The notes below the pieces were generated by a model. That model did not search any database, was not told where the DNA came from, and saw only the letters and a program-made list of their open reading frames with translations. Shown here one piece after another: positions 37,456 through 46,692 of a DNA stretch of 64,000 bases. How positions within the stretch are numbered: position 1 is the first letter of the stretch; every line of letters starts with the position of its first letter. Location: positions 804,412 to 868,411 of the forward strand of contig OZ240220.1 of assembly GCA_965197655.1 (NCBI GenBank). The letters are read 5' to 3'. Source of the DNA: Dehalococcoidia bacterium. GTDB lineage: Bacteria; Chloroflexota; Dehalococcoidia; Lucifugimonadales; UBA3495. Both the position numbers and the translations under genes were made by a program.

Positions 37456-38469
37456 TCAACTCGCCAATAACTCCTTTAGCTGACGGTCAATGAATGCGGT
37501 ATCGGCGGGATTGCGGCCCGGGCCGCCGCCGGTATGCCCCCAGATTGTTGCGATCGGGCGTAGCTCGGCATTGGACATCAGGCTAACCTCTATCCGGTTG
37601 TCCTCCGGTGGAAAGTACTGGTCGGTGTGGGAGGGCATGACAAATGCTCGCGCCGCTATCGCCCCCAGAGCCTTTTCGAAGTCACCTTGGTACAAGGGGT
37701 TGTTGCTGATGTCCCCGGCCTGCCAGGTTGCGACCATTGCCAGGATGTCATTGGCATCCAACTGTAAATACCTTCCCTCCCAAGCAGTGATCAAATAGTC
37801 CTCCAGGGACGAGAACCCCAGGTCAAGGAACACATTCTCCCGATAAAAGGCCGGCGATGGGGCCCACCCGGCATAAACCCGGGCCATCGCCCGCAATCCT
37901 TTGCGTGGTGGGGTGTCGTACCAGCCATTGTTCCAGGCATCGTCGGCGCACAGCGCTGCCTTGACCCCCTCCAGAAAAACGAAGTTATGCGGAGACGTTC
38001 GCGCCGAGCCGCACCAGGGGGCAATCCTCTCCACCATGTCGGGGAACAGCGCGCCCCAATGGAAGGCCTGCTGAGCGCCCATCGAGAAACCGCAGACCAG
38101 CGCGATGCGTTCTATACCGAACTGCTCGGTCACCAGGCGGCGCTGGCACCTGATGTTGTCGTAGTAGGTGACTTTAGGGAATCTCGCCCGGTCGTAGGGA
38201 GCCGGCGTATTGCTGGGGGAGGAGGAGAGCCCGTTGCCGAATAGATTAGGCACTATGATGAAATAATTGGAGGGGTCCAGCGCCATGCCCGGCCCGATCA
38301 TCGGTTCGTTGGCTGAGTGCTGGGAAGCGAAGAAAGTGGGAAACACGATGGCGTTGTCCTTGCGTCTATTCAACTCCCCATAGGTCTTGTAGGCCAGGCG
38401 GGCGCCGCGCAGTCGCAGGCCGCATTGCAGGTCCACATCACCCAGTTCGAATATGTTGTGTTCGCTCAT
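37456..38469 (-). CDS. alpha/beta hydrolase, homoserine O-acetyltransferase (MetX)-like family
   Basis: Nucleophile elbow GFSMGAQQAF and an overall MetX-like layout. The substrate is unknown. Confidence 0.7.
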   Translation of the reverse strand: MSEHNIFELGDVDLQCGLRLRGARLAYKTYGELNRRKDNAIVFPTFFASQHSANEPMIGPGMALDPSNYFIIVPNLFGNGLSSSPSNTPAPYDRARFPKVTYYDNIRCQRRLVTEQFGIERIALVCGFSMGAQQAFHWGALFPDMVERIAPWCGSARTSPHNFVFLEGVKAALCADDAWNNGWYDTPPRKGLRAMARVYAGWAPSPAFYRENVFLDLGFSSLEDYLITAWEGRYLQLDANDILAMVATWQAGDISNNPLYQGDFEKALGAIAARAFVMPSHTDQYFPPEDNRIEVSLMSNAELRPIATIWGHTGGGPGRNPADTAFIDRQLKELLAS

Positions 38470-38547
38470 CTCGGCACCTCTTGAGGGTTGAATGTCGGAG
38501 CAAAATCCAATAGGCTTGCACCAATTCTAACAGCTTGGAGGTTCATC

Positions 38548-38955
38548 ATGCTAAACAAGGTGCATCACGTTACTTATGCGGTGGAGAGCGTAGCTGACAT
38601 TGCCGCGTACCTGGACCGTAATTTCTCCCTCAAGCCCATTAGGACTGACGAATTCACCGAACGCGGCTTCAAATCCGTCCTTTACCAGGTTGGGGAAACG
38701 CTGGTTGACTTCTTCGAACCGCTGCGGGATGACACGCCGCTGGCGCGTCAGCTACGAGATAGCGGTCCCGGTGTCATGCACGTCGCCTGGGGTGTGGACG
38801 ACATCGACCAGGTCTTCAGCGACTTGCAAGCCAAGGGCAACGAACTGCGGGGAGAGGCCCCGTCCGTCAGTCCCTACGGCTACAAGACAGCCAGCATCGA
38901 GCCTGCTAGCTCACACAACATCTATTTCCAGTTGGCTGAAGGAGAGCACAGCTAG
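38548..38955 (+). CDS. VOC family protein (methylmalonyl-CoA epimerase-like)
   Basis: MLNKVHHVTYAVESVADIAAYL... GPGVMHVAW. The start is set at the internal ATG. Confidence 0.75.
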   Translation: MLNKVHHVTYAVESVADIAAYLDRNFSLKPIRTDEFTERGFKSVLYQVGETLVDFFEPLRDDTPLARQLRDSGPGVMHVAWGVDDIDQVFSDLQAKGNELRGEAPSVSPYGYKTASIEPASSHNIYFQLAEGEHS

Positions 38956-38984
38956 GAAATTGAAGTGGACCGCTTACCTGATGC

Positions 38985-39132
38985 CGCTGTCAGGGCTATC
39001 GCATTAGGCCGAAGAAGAGAACCCCTCGTTCCTGCGAAAGCAGGAACCTCTGTTCTCAAGGTTGTGTTCCTGCCTTCGCAGGAACGACGTATAGTGCCCG
39101 TTTTGGTTCATGCGATAGCCCTGATGCGGCTG
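38985..39132. repeat. PAL-1 element, GGGCTATCGCA module with extended outer IR
   Basis: GCCGCTGTCAGGGCTATCGCA ... TGCGATAGCCCTGATGCGGC. Confidence 0.85.
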
Positions 39133-39235
39133 TTCGTTTCGGTAGTTTACCGAAACTATTGTGGATACAATTGGCGGCAACAAGGGGTTTACGTATTAAC
39201 CGCCCCGTCCCGCATCATTAGAAAAGGAAATAACG

Positions 39236-40393
39236 ATGAAACAGAGTGTTGACCGGATACTGACCACCCACACGGGCAGCCTGCCCCGTCCGCCGGATAT
39301 GTTGGGCCTGCTGGTGGAGGAGCAGCAAGCCCGCTTGGCCGCCCAACCGGCAGGTCATACCGACCTGGCTTCGTCGGTGCGCGCCGCCGTTCAGGACGTG
39401 GTAAACCGGCAGGTTGAGACCGGCCTGGACGTTATCAACGACGGCGAGCAGGGGCGGGTGGACTACACCGTGTACGTCAAAGACCGGCTCACCGGCTACG
39501 ATGGCGAAAGTGCGCCATTGGGCGGTATGACCAGCGAGGTTGAGTTTCCCGAACTGGCCGAGTTGCTGAAACCCTTTGCCTCTCCCTTCCAAGTACGGCC
39601 CACCTGCACCGGGCCTATTGACTGGGAGGACTGGCCGGCGGTGGAGGCGGATATTGACAACCTCAAAGCCGCTTCCTCCGGCGTATCCGCTCAGGAGGTG
39701 TTTATGACCTCCCCGTCGCCGGGGCAGATTGCCCGCTTCCTGCACAACGAGTATTACGCTACCGACGAAGAATACCTTTATGCGTTGGCCGAGGTTATGA
39801 AGCGCCAATACCGGGCCATCGTGGACGCCGGTTTCCTGCTCCAGTTGGACTGTCCCGACCTGGCCCTGGGGCGTCACCAGATTTTCTCTCACCTGACGCT
39901 GGAGGAGTTTCGGGCCGTGGCGGAGATGCACGTGGAGGTGCTGAACTACTCGGTGGCCGACATCCCCTCTGACCGGATGCGGATGCACATTTGTTGGGGC
40001 AGCACCCTGGGGCCGCACCATACCGACGTGCCAATCAGCGACGTAATAGACATCGTGCTGAAAGCCAAACCCGCTGCCGTCGCTTTCCCCGGCGCCAACC
40101 CCCGCCACGAACACGAGTGGAAAATCTGGCGGGACTTGAAGCTGCCCGAAGGCAAAATCATTGTCCCCGGCGTGATAGATTCCACCTCCAATTTCGTTGA
40201 ACACCCGGAGGTGGTGGCCGACCGGATAATCCGCTATGCCGAAGTGGTAGGCCAGGAGAATATGATTGCCGGCGTTGACTGCGGCTTCGGCACCTTTGCC
40301 GGACGGCTCCAGGTCGATTCCAAGATAGTCTGGATGAAAATCGGTTCGCTGGTAGAAGGGGCGCGCCGGGCATCGGAACAGCTCTGGCAGTAG
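39236..40393 (+). CDS. cobalamin-independent methionine synthase II (MetE C-terminal-like) family protein
   Basis: ILTTHTGSLPRP N-terminus and a HICWG metal-site-like region. The 328-aa antisense ORF is rejected. Confidence 0.8.
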   Translation: MKQSVDRILTTHTGSLPRPPDMLGLLVEEQQARLAAQPAGHTDLASSVRAAVQDVVNRQVETGLDVINDGEQGRVDYTVYVKDRLTGYDGESAPLGGMTSEVEFPELAELLKPFASPFQVRPTCTGPIDWEDWPAVEADIDNLKAASSGVSAQEVFMTSPSPGQIARFLHNEYYATDEEYLYALAEVMKRQYRAIVDAGFLLQLDCPDLALGRHQIFSHLTLEEFRAVAEMHVEVLNYSVADIPSDRMRMHICWGSTLGPHHTDVPISDVIDIVLKAKPAAVAFPGANPRHEHEWKIWRDLKLPEGKIIVPGVIDSTSNFVEHPEVVADRIIRYAEVVGQENMIAGVDCGFGTFAGRLQVDSKIVWMKIGSLVEGARRASEQLWQ

Positions 40394-40448
40394 GGCCGGA
40401 TCTATGTGTCCGACCTGGTCCTCGCCCCAGCGATAACCGCTACCCGGT

Positions 40449-40672
40449 AGGGGTGGGTTTCAAACCATTGGTTCCAACTAATTGGTCATTAGAAACTAAT
40501 GAATTGTCCTACAAGCGTCTTGCTCGTAGGGTGACCCTTACCCGTCGTTCCTGCGTAGGCAGGAACCTCAAACCTTGAGGCCAAAGGTTCCTGCCTACGC
40601 AGGAACGACGGATCACTTGCTTCTCCGTTGAGCAGTCGAATTAGTTGAAGCGGATGGTTTTAAACCCGCCCT
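40449..40672. repeat. PAL-1 element with GGGTGGGTTTCAAACC/GGTTCCAACTAAT outer module
   Basis: Same architecture as 9533..9735. The core is 40541..40610. Confidence 0.85.
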
Positions 40673-40823
40673 TGCACCGCCAGTGTTGCCGGAGAAGTAA
40701 AAGATGGCGAGAGCGGCTTGATTGACTACAACCAACAGGTAGAGTAACTTTACAACCAATCCCAAGGTACGCTGCCGGGCGGGTGGCCGGAGTAGGCTGC
40801 CCTGAATCTGCCGGCCAGGAGGC

Positions 40824-42056
40824 TTGCCCATGTTCGTAATGAGGTTTACCGAGCGCGCTTACTTTAACTATACTGAGGATGACGTTAAGAACAGTCCCAA
40901 CGGCGCCCACCGGGTCACTTTCTCCAACTCCCATTTTGACCCGGAAGTTGCCGCCAACCAATACAACTATTACCTGGATGAGTGGCAATACTGCGAAGAA
41001 GTGGGGTTTGACGGGATGATGCTCAACGAGCACCACAGCACCCCCACCAGCCTGGGGGCGGCAATGAACCTGGAAGCCGCCATCCTGGCCCGCATCACCA
41101 AGAAGCCCAAAATCGTCCTGATGGGCAACCCGCTGCCCATCCACGAAAACCCCCTCCGGTTGGCCGAGGAACTGGCCGAGATTGACTGCATCTCCCGGGG
41201 CCGCCTGGTATCCGGCTTTGTCCGGGGCGGTGGCACTGAAAGCTGGGCCACCAACACCAACCCGGTTTACAATCGGGAGCGGTTCGAGGAGGCCCATGAC
41301 CTGCTAATCAAGACCTGGACCACACCCGGCCCCTTCCGCTGGGAGGGCAAGCACTACCACTTCCGGGCGGTTAATCCCTTCCAGGTGCCTTTGCAAAAGC
41401 CCCACCCGCCCGTCTGGATTCCGGGCACCGGCAGCGCGGAGACGGCGGCTTGGTGCGCCGAGCGTCATTACCCCTACTTCTACCTGGGCATCGTTCCCTA
41501 CACCTTCAGCTATATGCAGGACATTTACCGGGACGCCGCCCGAATGAACGGGTACGAGGCTGGGCCGCAGAACTTTGGCTATATGCTGCCCATCCACGTT
41601 CAGGATACGGACGAAAAGGCGAAAGTTGAGGGTAGAGGCTTCCTGGAGGCCCTGGTCGGCGTTGGCCGGGTGCCGATGCCCCGCGAGTATTCCTTCCCGC
41701 CCGGCTATAACCGGGCCACCCGGGACGAATGGGCCGACGACGCGCGGGAAGCCAAGGTGCGGGAAGCCCGGGCCAGCGACCCCTTCCGCACCGGCCCGGT
41801 CACCGATGAGACCTTCCAGGCGATGATTGACAACAATCGTATGGTAATCGGCAGCCCGGACACGGTGATTCGCAAGGTGCGGGAAGTGCTGGAAGCAGTG
41901 CGCCCCGGCATCCTGGCCGTCTGGACCAATGACGGCTCCATCTCTCACGAGGCTACCATGCGTTGCTTGCAGTTGATGGACCAGGAAGTCCTACCCGCCA
42001 TTCGCGAAATTGGCGATGAGTTGGAACTGCCCGGGCCTTTTGACGTTGCCCCCTAA
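40824..42056 (+). CDS. LLM-class flavin-dependent oxidoreductase, paralog 3
   Basis: MLNEHH, RLVSGFVRGGG and the overall LLM pattern. Confidence 0.85.
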   Translation: MPMFVMRFTERAYFNYTEDDVKNSPNGAHRVTFSNSHFDPEVAANQYNYYLDEWQYCEEVGFDGMMLNEHHSTPTSLGAAMNLEAAILARITKKPKIVLMGNPLPIHENPLRLAEELAEIDCISRGRLVSGFVRGGGTESWATNTNPVYNRERFEEAHDLLIKTWTTPGPFRWEGKHYHFRAVNPFQVPLQKPHPPVWIPGTGSAETAAWCAERHYPYFYLGIVPYTFSYMQDIYRDAARMNGYEAGPQNFGYMLPIHVQDTDEKAKVEGRGFLEALVGVGRVPMPREYSFPPGYNRATRDEWADDAREAKVREARASDPFRTGPVTDETFQAMIDNNRMVIGSPDTVIRKVREVLEAVRPGILAVWTNDGSISHEATMRCLQLMDQEVLPAIREIGDELELPGPFDVAP

Positions 42057-42075
42057 CCTCAAGTCTGCGCCTGTA

Positions 42076-42097
42076 GGGGCGGGTTTCAAACCCGCCC
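42076..42097. repeat. HP-3 hairpin
   Basis: CTGTAGGGGCGGGTTTCAAACCCGCCC, 27 nt identical to the copy at 43680. Confidence 0.8.
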
Positions 42098-42120
42098 AGA
42101 TGGGTTAACAGTTGGCGAGT

Positions 42121-42543
42121 ATGGCAAGCATAGACACCGCCGAGAAAGCGCCATTGGTTGAGGTCTTTTATGACGGCCGCTGCCCGGTATGCCAGCGGGA
42201 AATTCGCCTTTTGCAGCGGCTGGACCGGAAGGGGAACCTTCGCGCCATAGATATTACCGACCCCGACTTTGACCCGGCCCAATGCGGCCTGGAGTTGTCG
42301 GACTTCGTTTCCCGGATGTATGTCAGAGACCGGTATGGCGTCCTGCATGAGGGGCTGGACGGTTTTCCGGTGCTGTGGGATGCCGTGGGCCAGGGTTGGG
42401 TCTGGGGTTGGACGCGAGTTCCGGTGCTGCGGCAGTTGGGGATGGCCGGCTATGCCCTGTTCCGGCGGGTGCGTCCCCGCTTTTCCGGCTTCAAACCCTG
42501 CCCTACCGATGGCTCTTGTCGGCTCCCGCGGGACGCCGACTAA
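42121..42543 (+). CDS. DCC-family (DUF393) thiol-disulfide oxidoreductase
   Basis: VFYDGRCPVCQREIRLLQRLD is the family's CxxC signature region. Confidence 0.8.
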   Translation: MASIDTAEKAPLVEVFYDGRCPVCQREIRLLQRLDRKGNLRAIDITDPDFDPAQCGLELSDFVSRMYVRDRYGVLHEGLDGFPVLWDAVGQGWVWGWTRVPVLRQLGMAGYALFRRVRPRFSGFKPCPTDGSCRLPRDAD

Positions 42544-42613
42544 TCCGGTTGACGCTTTCACTAATACCCAACTATAGTGGGCTGAATCCCAATTCATTAT
42601 ACGGAGGAGCCTG

Positions 42614-43633
42614 ATGACCCAAGCTAATAGCTCCAACGCTGCCCAGCCCCAACGAAACATCATCTCCCGTCCGGTGGGCGAGGACACGGTTCTTACTTTG
42701 ATCGGCGCCGGCGCCGGTAATCGAGGCCCCTGGCCTTTCGTAACCGGCATCCCCAACCTGAGCTCCGACAGCAGCGGCCCGCCGCCGCAGTACCTGGCGG
42801 TGGCCGGTTGGGCCGCTTGAACCGTGGTCACGGTGGTAGGCGTGGCCTACCGGGGTGGGATAGCTCTGGAAGACATTGAGGTTGACTTTGAGGTTGAGCC
42901 GGTGGAGCGCGCCGGTTCTATCGGTTTTGGCGTCCGGGAAGTGGTCAGGCTCAAGGGCAATATCTCCGAGGCGGAGCGGGTCCGACTCCAGCGCGCCGCC
43001 CGTTTCTGTCCCGTAGGGCAGGCCCTCACCAAGGGCGCGATGGTGGTGGAGGATGAGGTGCAGTGGCTGTCCGGCGAGATAACCGCCGCATCGCCGGCAA
43101 CCGAGGGTCTCCAACCTCTGGAGGGGAACTTGCCGGCGATAATGCCAGGCACAGTGCACGGCAGCTATCTGCTGGATACTAAGGAATATGACGAAAACGG
43201 GGGGATGGAGCATGAGGGAGAGGCCAAGGTTTACGTAACCACCCAAAACCTGACTCATACCAGCCGGTGGACGCTGCTGGCCGGCCACAGTTCCGATGGC
43301 TGGGTGCCGCCGCCCTTCCCTACCGCCCAAGCCGGTTGGGCCGCCTCCACGGCGATCACTTTGAGCCGTCTGCTGCCCTTGGAGGGAGTCGGTGATGCCG
43401 CAGACCTGCGGGTGGAAGTGGGTATGAACGTGACCGGAGGGCGCGGCCAGGCCCAGGGCAACGCCGCCGAGGGCCGGGTGGCCCACCGCAACGCCGTACG
43501 CCGGATTGTGGTGCCGGGCAGTCCCCGCACCATACCCATCGAGGCAATACAGGCCGCCCTGCTGCGCGACCCCATTTCTACTGCCTACCGCGACGGCGGC
43601 GTCCTGCTGGATGAGCAGGTGGTGGTCGATTAA
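42614..43633 (+). CDS. OsmC-like di-domain protein, candidate selenoprotein (in-frame TGA at 42818..42820 read as Sec)
   Basis: ORFs 42614..42820 and 42824..43633 share one frame. Read-through gives PPPQYLAVAGWAA-U-TVVTVVG ... AARFCPVGQAL, which aligns by eye with E. coli OsmC NPEELIGAAHAACFSMALS ... AKAGCPVSQVL. The second half repeats the domain with AGWAAS at the equivalent position. GGAGGAG lies 5 nt upstream of the ATG. Confidence 0.7.
42835..42851 (+). promoter_or_regulatory. candidate bacterial SECIS hairpin for the OsmC-like gene
   Basis: GGUAGGC-GUG-GCCUACC is a perfect 7-bp stem starting 14 nt after the UGA, with a G/U-containing apical loop. Confidence 0.45.
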
Positions 43634-43684
43634 ACCGGCTTACCCGGCCTGGGGTAAATGGTAACTTTAACTGCCCAAGCTGTA

Positions 43685-43706
43685 GGGGCGGGTTTCAAAC
43701 CCGCCC
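43685..43706. repeat. HP-3 hairpin
   Basis: CTGTAGGGGCGGGTTTCAAACCCGCCC, lying after the OsmC-like gene. Confidence 0.8.
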
Positions 43707-43787
43707 TGCCCTTGCCTTAAATCATGATCCCCAGGCGGCCATAGTCCCGGTGTGATTGCCCGGAGTGTCGGCTGGGGTCTTTGGGTT

Positions 43788-43906
43788 GTCATTCTGAGGA
43801 GCGGAGCGACGAAGAATCTCAAGTCCTTGTTAGCTGACTATTCGCCCGGAGGCATTGATGGTTCTAGCTGAAGGATTTGGATTCTTCGCTCCGCTCAGAA
43901 TGACAA
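43788..43906. repeat. PAL-2 element
   Basis: GTCATTCTGAGGAGCGGAGCGACGAAGAATC ... GGATTCTTCGCTCCGCTCAGAATGAC. Confidence 0.85.
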
Positions 43907-43966
43907 AGGAAGCCCTCAGAATGACAAAGGAAGCCCTCGGAATGATAAAGGAAGTCCTCGGAATGG
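43894..43966. repeat. 3.5 x 21-bp tandem repeat growing out of the PAL-2 right arm
   Basis: CTCAGAATGACAAAGGAAGCC twice, then CTCGGAATGATAAAGGAAGTC, then a partial CTCGGAATGG. Confidence 0.9.
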
Positions 43967-44083
43967 CGCCAGAGGGCGGAGGGCCACCGAAACCCCTTCG
44001 AGTGCTGTCCGTTATTTGCTGACTTTAGGCAACTCTACGGCCGCTTTAGCGCTACAACAATTGAATTGATGGAAGGTGTGGTT

Positions 44084-46408
44084 ATGAGCGAGAACCGGTT
44101 TCGCCTGGAAGAGGCGACCATCGCAGACTTGCAGGCGGCAATACAGGCGGGGCAGACCACCTGCGTCGAGATTGTTCAGGGTTATATTGACCGGGTGCGC
44201 GCCTACAACGGCGTACCTAGCCTGCTGGTAACCGAGGACGGCGCGCCGGTTCCTGAGACTACTGGAACGATACGGGGCGGGGAGCCGATTCGCTTTCCCA
44301 CCGAAACGGTCAAGGCTTCCGAGGTGTTCCCCGACCTGGACCAGTACCAGGGGAAGCCGCTGGAGTTTGGCCGGATGGAAGCCACCGCATCCGACCCTTC
44401 GGTGCAGCAGCAGTACGGGATGATTGTCGCCCAGCGCAAGGCCGGCCAGGTCAACGCCCTGGGCACCCTGAACATCCGGGGGGAACGGTCGGTGACCTGC
44501 AAAGGGGACTATGACCGCCATCCCTCTCAAGGGCCGCTGCCCGCCGGCGCTCCTCCGGTCTGCGAGCATTTCCGCCAATTACCCGATGCCCTGGAACGGG
44601 CGGCGGAACTGGATGCCGCTTATGGCCGTAACCCGGACCTGGAATTGATGCCGATGTACGGGGTGACTTTCTCCTTCAAAGACCCCTTCGACACCAAGGA
44701 TATGCGCTCCACCGGCGGCGGCGATGCGGCCTACGACATTGATTTTCCGGCCCGTGACCACATCCTGGTCGAGCAGCTCCGCAACAAGGGAGCGATTATC
44801 TTCGCCAAGGCGGTTAACACCGAATACAACGGGCGGGCCGGCGACCCGGGCGGACGACATACGCCGGATGAGCTACTGCCTTCGGTGCTGGGCTATCAGC
44901 GCAGCACTTGGGCTGGCAATCCCTCTAATCCTTATGACACATCCCGTTCCGCCTCCCTGGGTTCAAGTTCCGGCTCGGCCTTGTCGGTCAGCGCCAACAT
45001 GGTAATGGCCAGCCTGGGCGAGGAAACCCGCGCCTCGACCCGAGGGCCGGCCAACCACAACTCCGTCGCCCTCATCCTGCCCCACAAGGCGATGCTGGGT
45101 TTTGACGGCGGGGCCATCGGCGCCGACATCTACTGCGACCGCAGCGGCATCCATTGCCGCTCGATTCAGGATTGCGCCAGGGTGCTGGACGCCCTGAAAG
45201 ACCCGGAAAACGGTTACTATGACCCGCGCGACCCCTTCACCACCGTGCCCCGGTCCTCGGTGCTTTCCACCCCCTACGCCGGCCACGCCCGCAGTTCCGG
45301 GGAGTCGGGTTCCCTGGCCGGGCGGCGCATCGGCATTATCCGGGAGTCAATGGCCTACCCCCGCGGTTCCCTGACTGAAGAACCTATTGTCACCGCCGCC
45401 AACCGGGAGATAAAGGAAGTGCTGCGGGACCGGCTGGGCGCGACCCTGCTGGAGTCCTATGACCGGAACTGGGACCGGAACTGGCCGGCCGACCCGGAGA
45501 TTGAGCCAATGACGGTTGACTTCCGGCGGGCCATTGCCCGGCTGGTGCCGGTCTTTATGCCCGACATCCTCTACCGGCTGGGGCCGGATGGCCAACCCCT
45601 GTTCAAGGAGTTTGCCGAGACTATTGTTCCTACCGAATTCGCCCCTGGCAAGTTTTTCGGTTCCGGGGAAATGCAGCCCATCGACTATTTTGTGGAGCTG
45701 GCCGACGGGTTGATTGAGCCGCCGGTGAACCTGGACCTGGCAACCATTCAGCAGCAGGTACTGGCGATGTCCTTCCGGTTCCACATCCGGCAGTACCTGT
45801 CCCGCCGCTCCGCCGACTGGCGCGCCTTGGGCTACCACGAGAGCCTGGTGGACTGGCCCAGCCTTAACGCCCGTTCCAAGTTCTGGGGCGACGACCAGCG
45901 GGCTGCCTTCAAGAACTGGGAAGAAGTTACCGATATGCGTAACCCCCTCGGCGGACGCCAGGGGGTCGATGAGCGCATTATGCTGCGGGAATTGCTGCGG
46001 CGAGTGGATATGATGGTAATTCTGGAGAATAAGCTGGACGCCCTGGTCCGGCTGCATACCCCCTATCCGCCGGCCAAGATTGGCGGCGCCAACCAGAACG
46101 ACGGAGGGAACAACATCCGGCAGGAATCGACTAACGGCCCCAACGCCGGCCTGACCGAGGTTCTGATACCGGCCGGTTACGTCCAGACCGCTTACGACCC
46201 GGTCTTCAGGCTGTCTGCTGACCGCACCCGCTACGAATCGGCCCAGTCCGACGTCGCCACCGCATTGGACGCACCCGGCCTGCCCTTCTCGCTGGTTTTC
46301 CGCACCGAGCCGGGCAAGGAGGACATTCTGCTGACCATAGCTTCGGCCTACGAAGCCGCTTCCCGGCGCCGGGTTCCTCCGCCCGATTTTGGCCCGGTGG
46401 GGGGGTGA
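44084..46408 (+). CDS. amidase-signature family protein (large, about 775 aa)
   Basis: N-terminal LEEATIADLQAAIQAGQTTCVEIVQGY and an amidase signature-like GSSSGSALSVSANM. Confidence 0.8.
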   Translation: MSENRFRLEEATIADLQAAIQAGQTTCVEIVQGYIDRVRAYNGVPSLLVTEDGAPVPETTGTIRGGEPIRFPTETVKASEVFPDLDQYQGKPLEFGRMEATASDPSVQQQYGMIVAQRKAGQVNALGTLNIRGERSVTCKGDYDRHPSQGPLPAGAPPVCEHFRQLPDALERAAELDAAYGRNPDLELMPMYGVTFSFKDPFDTKDMRSTGGGDAAYDIDFPARDHILVEQLRNKGAIIFAKAVNTEYNGRAGDPGGRHTPDELLPSVLGYQRSTWAGNPSNPYDTSRSASLGSSSGSALSVSANMVMASLGEETRASTRGPANHNSVALILPHKAMLGFDGGAIGADIYCDRSGIHCRSIQDCARVLDALKDPENGYYDPRDPFTTVPRSSVLSTPYAGHARSSGESGSLAGRRIGIIRESMAYPRGSLTEEPIVTAANREIKEVLRDRLGATLLESYDRNWDRNWPADPEIEPMTVDFRRAIARLVPVFMPDILYRLGPDGQPLFKEFAETIVPTEFAPGKFFGSGEMQPIDYFVELADGLIEPPVNLDLATIQQQVLAMSFRFHIRQYLSRRSADWRALGYHESLVDWPSLNARSKFWGDDQRAAFKNWEEVTDMRNPLGGRQGVDERIMLRELLRRVDMMVILENKLDALVRLHTPYPPAKIGGANQNDGGNNIRQESTNGPNAGLTEVLIPAGYVQTAYDPVFRLSADRTRYESAQSDVATALDAPGLPFSLVFRTEPGKEDILLTIASAYEAASRRRVPPPDFGPVGG

Positions 46409-46520
46409 GCTCAGCCATCCGGTTGAGGCGGCCGAGGGTGTAATTGCCGCCTTCAATAGGCGGTGCGGACAGTTGCCTTTTCAGATATAAATGCCAGGTT
46501 AATGCTGCGTGAAGCGGTTA

Positions 46521-46549
46521 TTGACAATTGATATGGCTTGTCTTATAGT
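46521..46549 (+). promoter_or_regulatory. sigma70-like promoter candidate for the ABC substrate-binding protein gene
   Basis: TTGACA, an exact 17-nt spacer, then TATAGT, in an AT-rich intergenic region about 140 nt upstream of the ATG at 46693. Confidence 0.45.
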
Positions 46550-46692
46550 GCGTCAAATTGTCGTTTGTGGGCCTAATGCGTTGCTGACGTATTGGGGCTG
46601 TGCGTCAGTAATTGAGGAAGCCTTGGTCTGCCGACGGATAGCTCAGGACATATCCAACTACGATACTCATAGGAGGTTAGAGAGGGAAGAGT

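Noticed and set aside
39136-39156. 9-bp hairpin GTTTCGGTA-GTT-TACCGAAAC upstream of the MetE-like gene as a riboswitch or terminator
   Set aside because: There is no T-tract, and I can recognise no SAM or cobalamin riboswitch consensus in the roughly 100-nt leader. There is too little evidence.
39218-40204. 328-aa ORF antisense to the MetE-like gene
   Set aside because: It is a shadow ORF. The same judgement applies to 32093..33064, 25218..26063, 15390..16181, 41304..41948, 48958..49761 and 40641..41297.
42818-42820. Treating this TGA as a genuine stop, giving separate 68-aa and 269-aa genes
   Set aside because: The domain homology runs straight through the codon, which falls at the catalytic Cys column. 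The downstream piece has no RBS or start of its own, and a SECIS-like hairpin follows. The stop interpretation is kept as the alternative only if the genome lacks Sec machinery.
41953-43486. Long minus-strand ORFs (41953..42831 and 42572..43486) covering the DCC and OsmC-like genes
   Set aside because: They have no motifs and an Arg/Gly/Pro-rich composition, and they cross an intergenic hairpin repeat. The + strand frames carry CxxC and OsmC signatures.
43894-43966. 21-bp tandem units as a mini-CRISPR
   Set aside because: The units are contiguous with no spacers and derive from a PAL-2 arm.
45347-46456. 369-aa ORF antisense to the amidase gene
   Set aside because: It has shadow-ORF composition, and the + strand frame carries the amidase signature.
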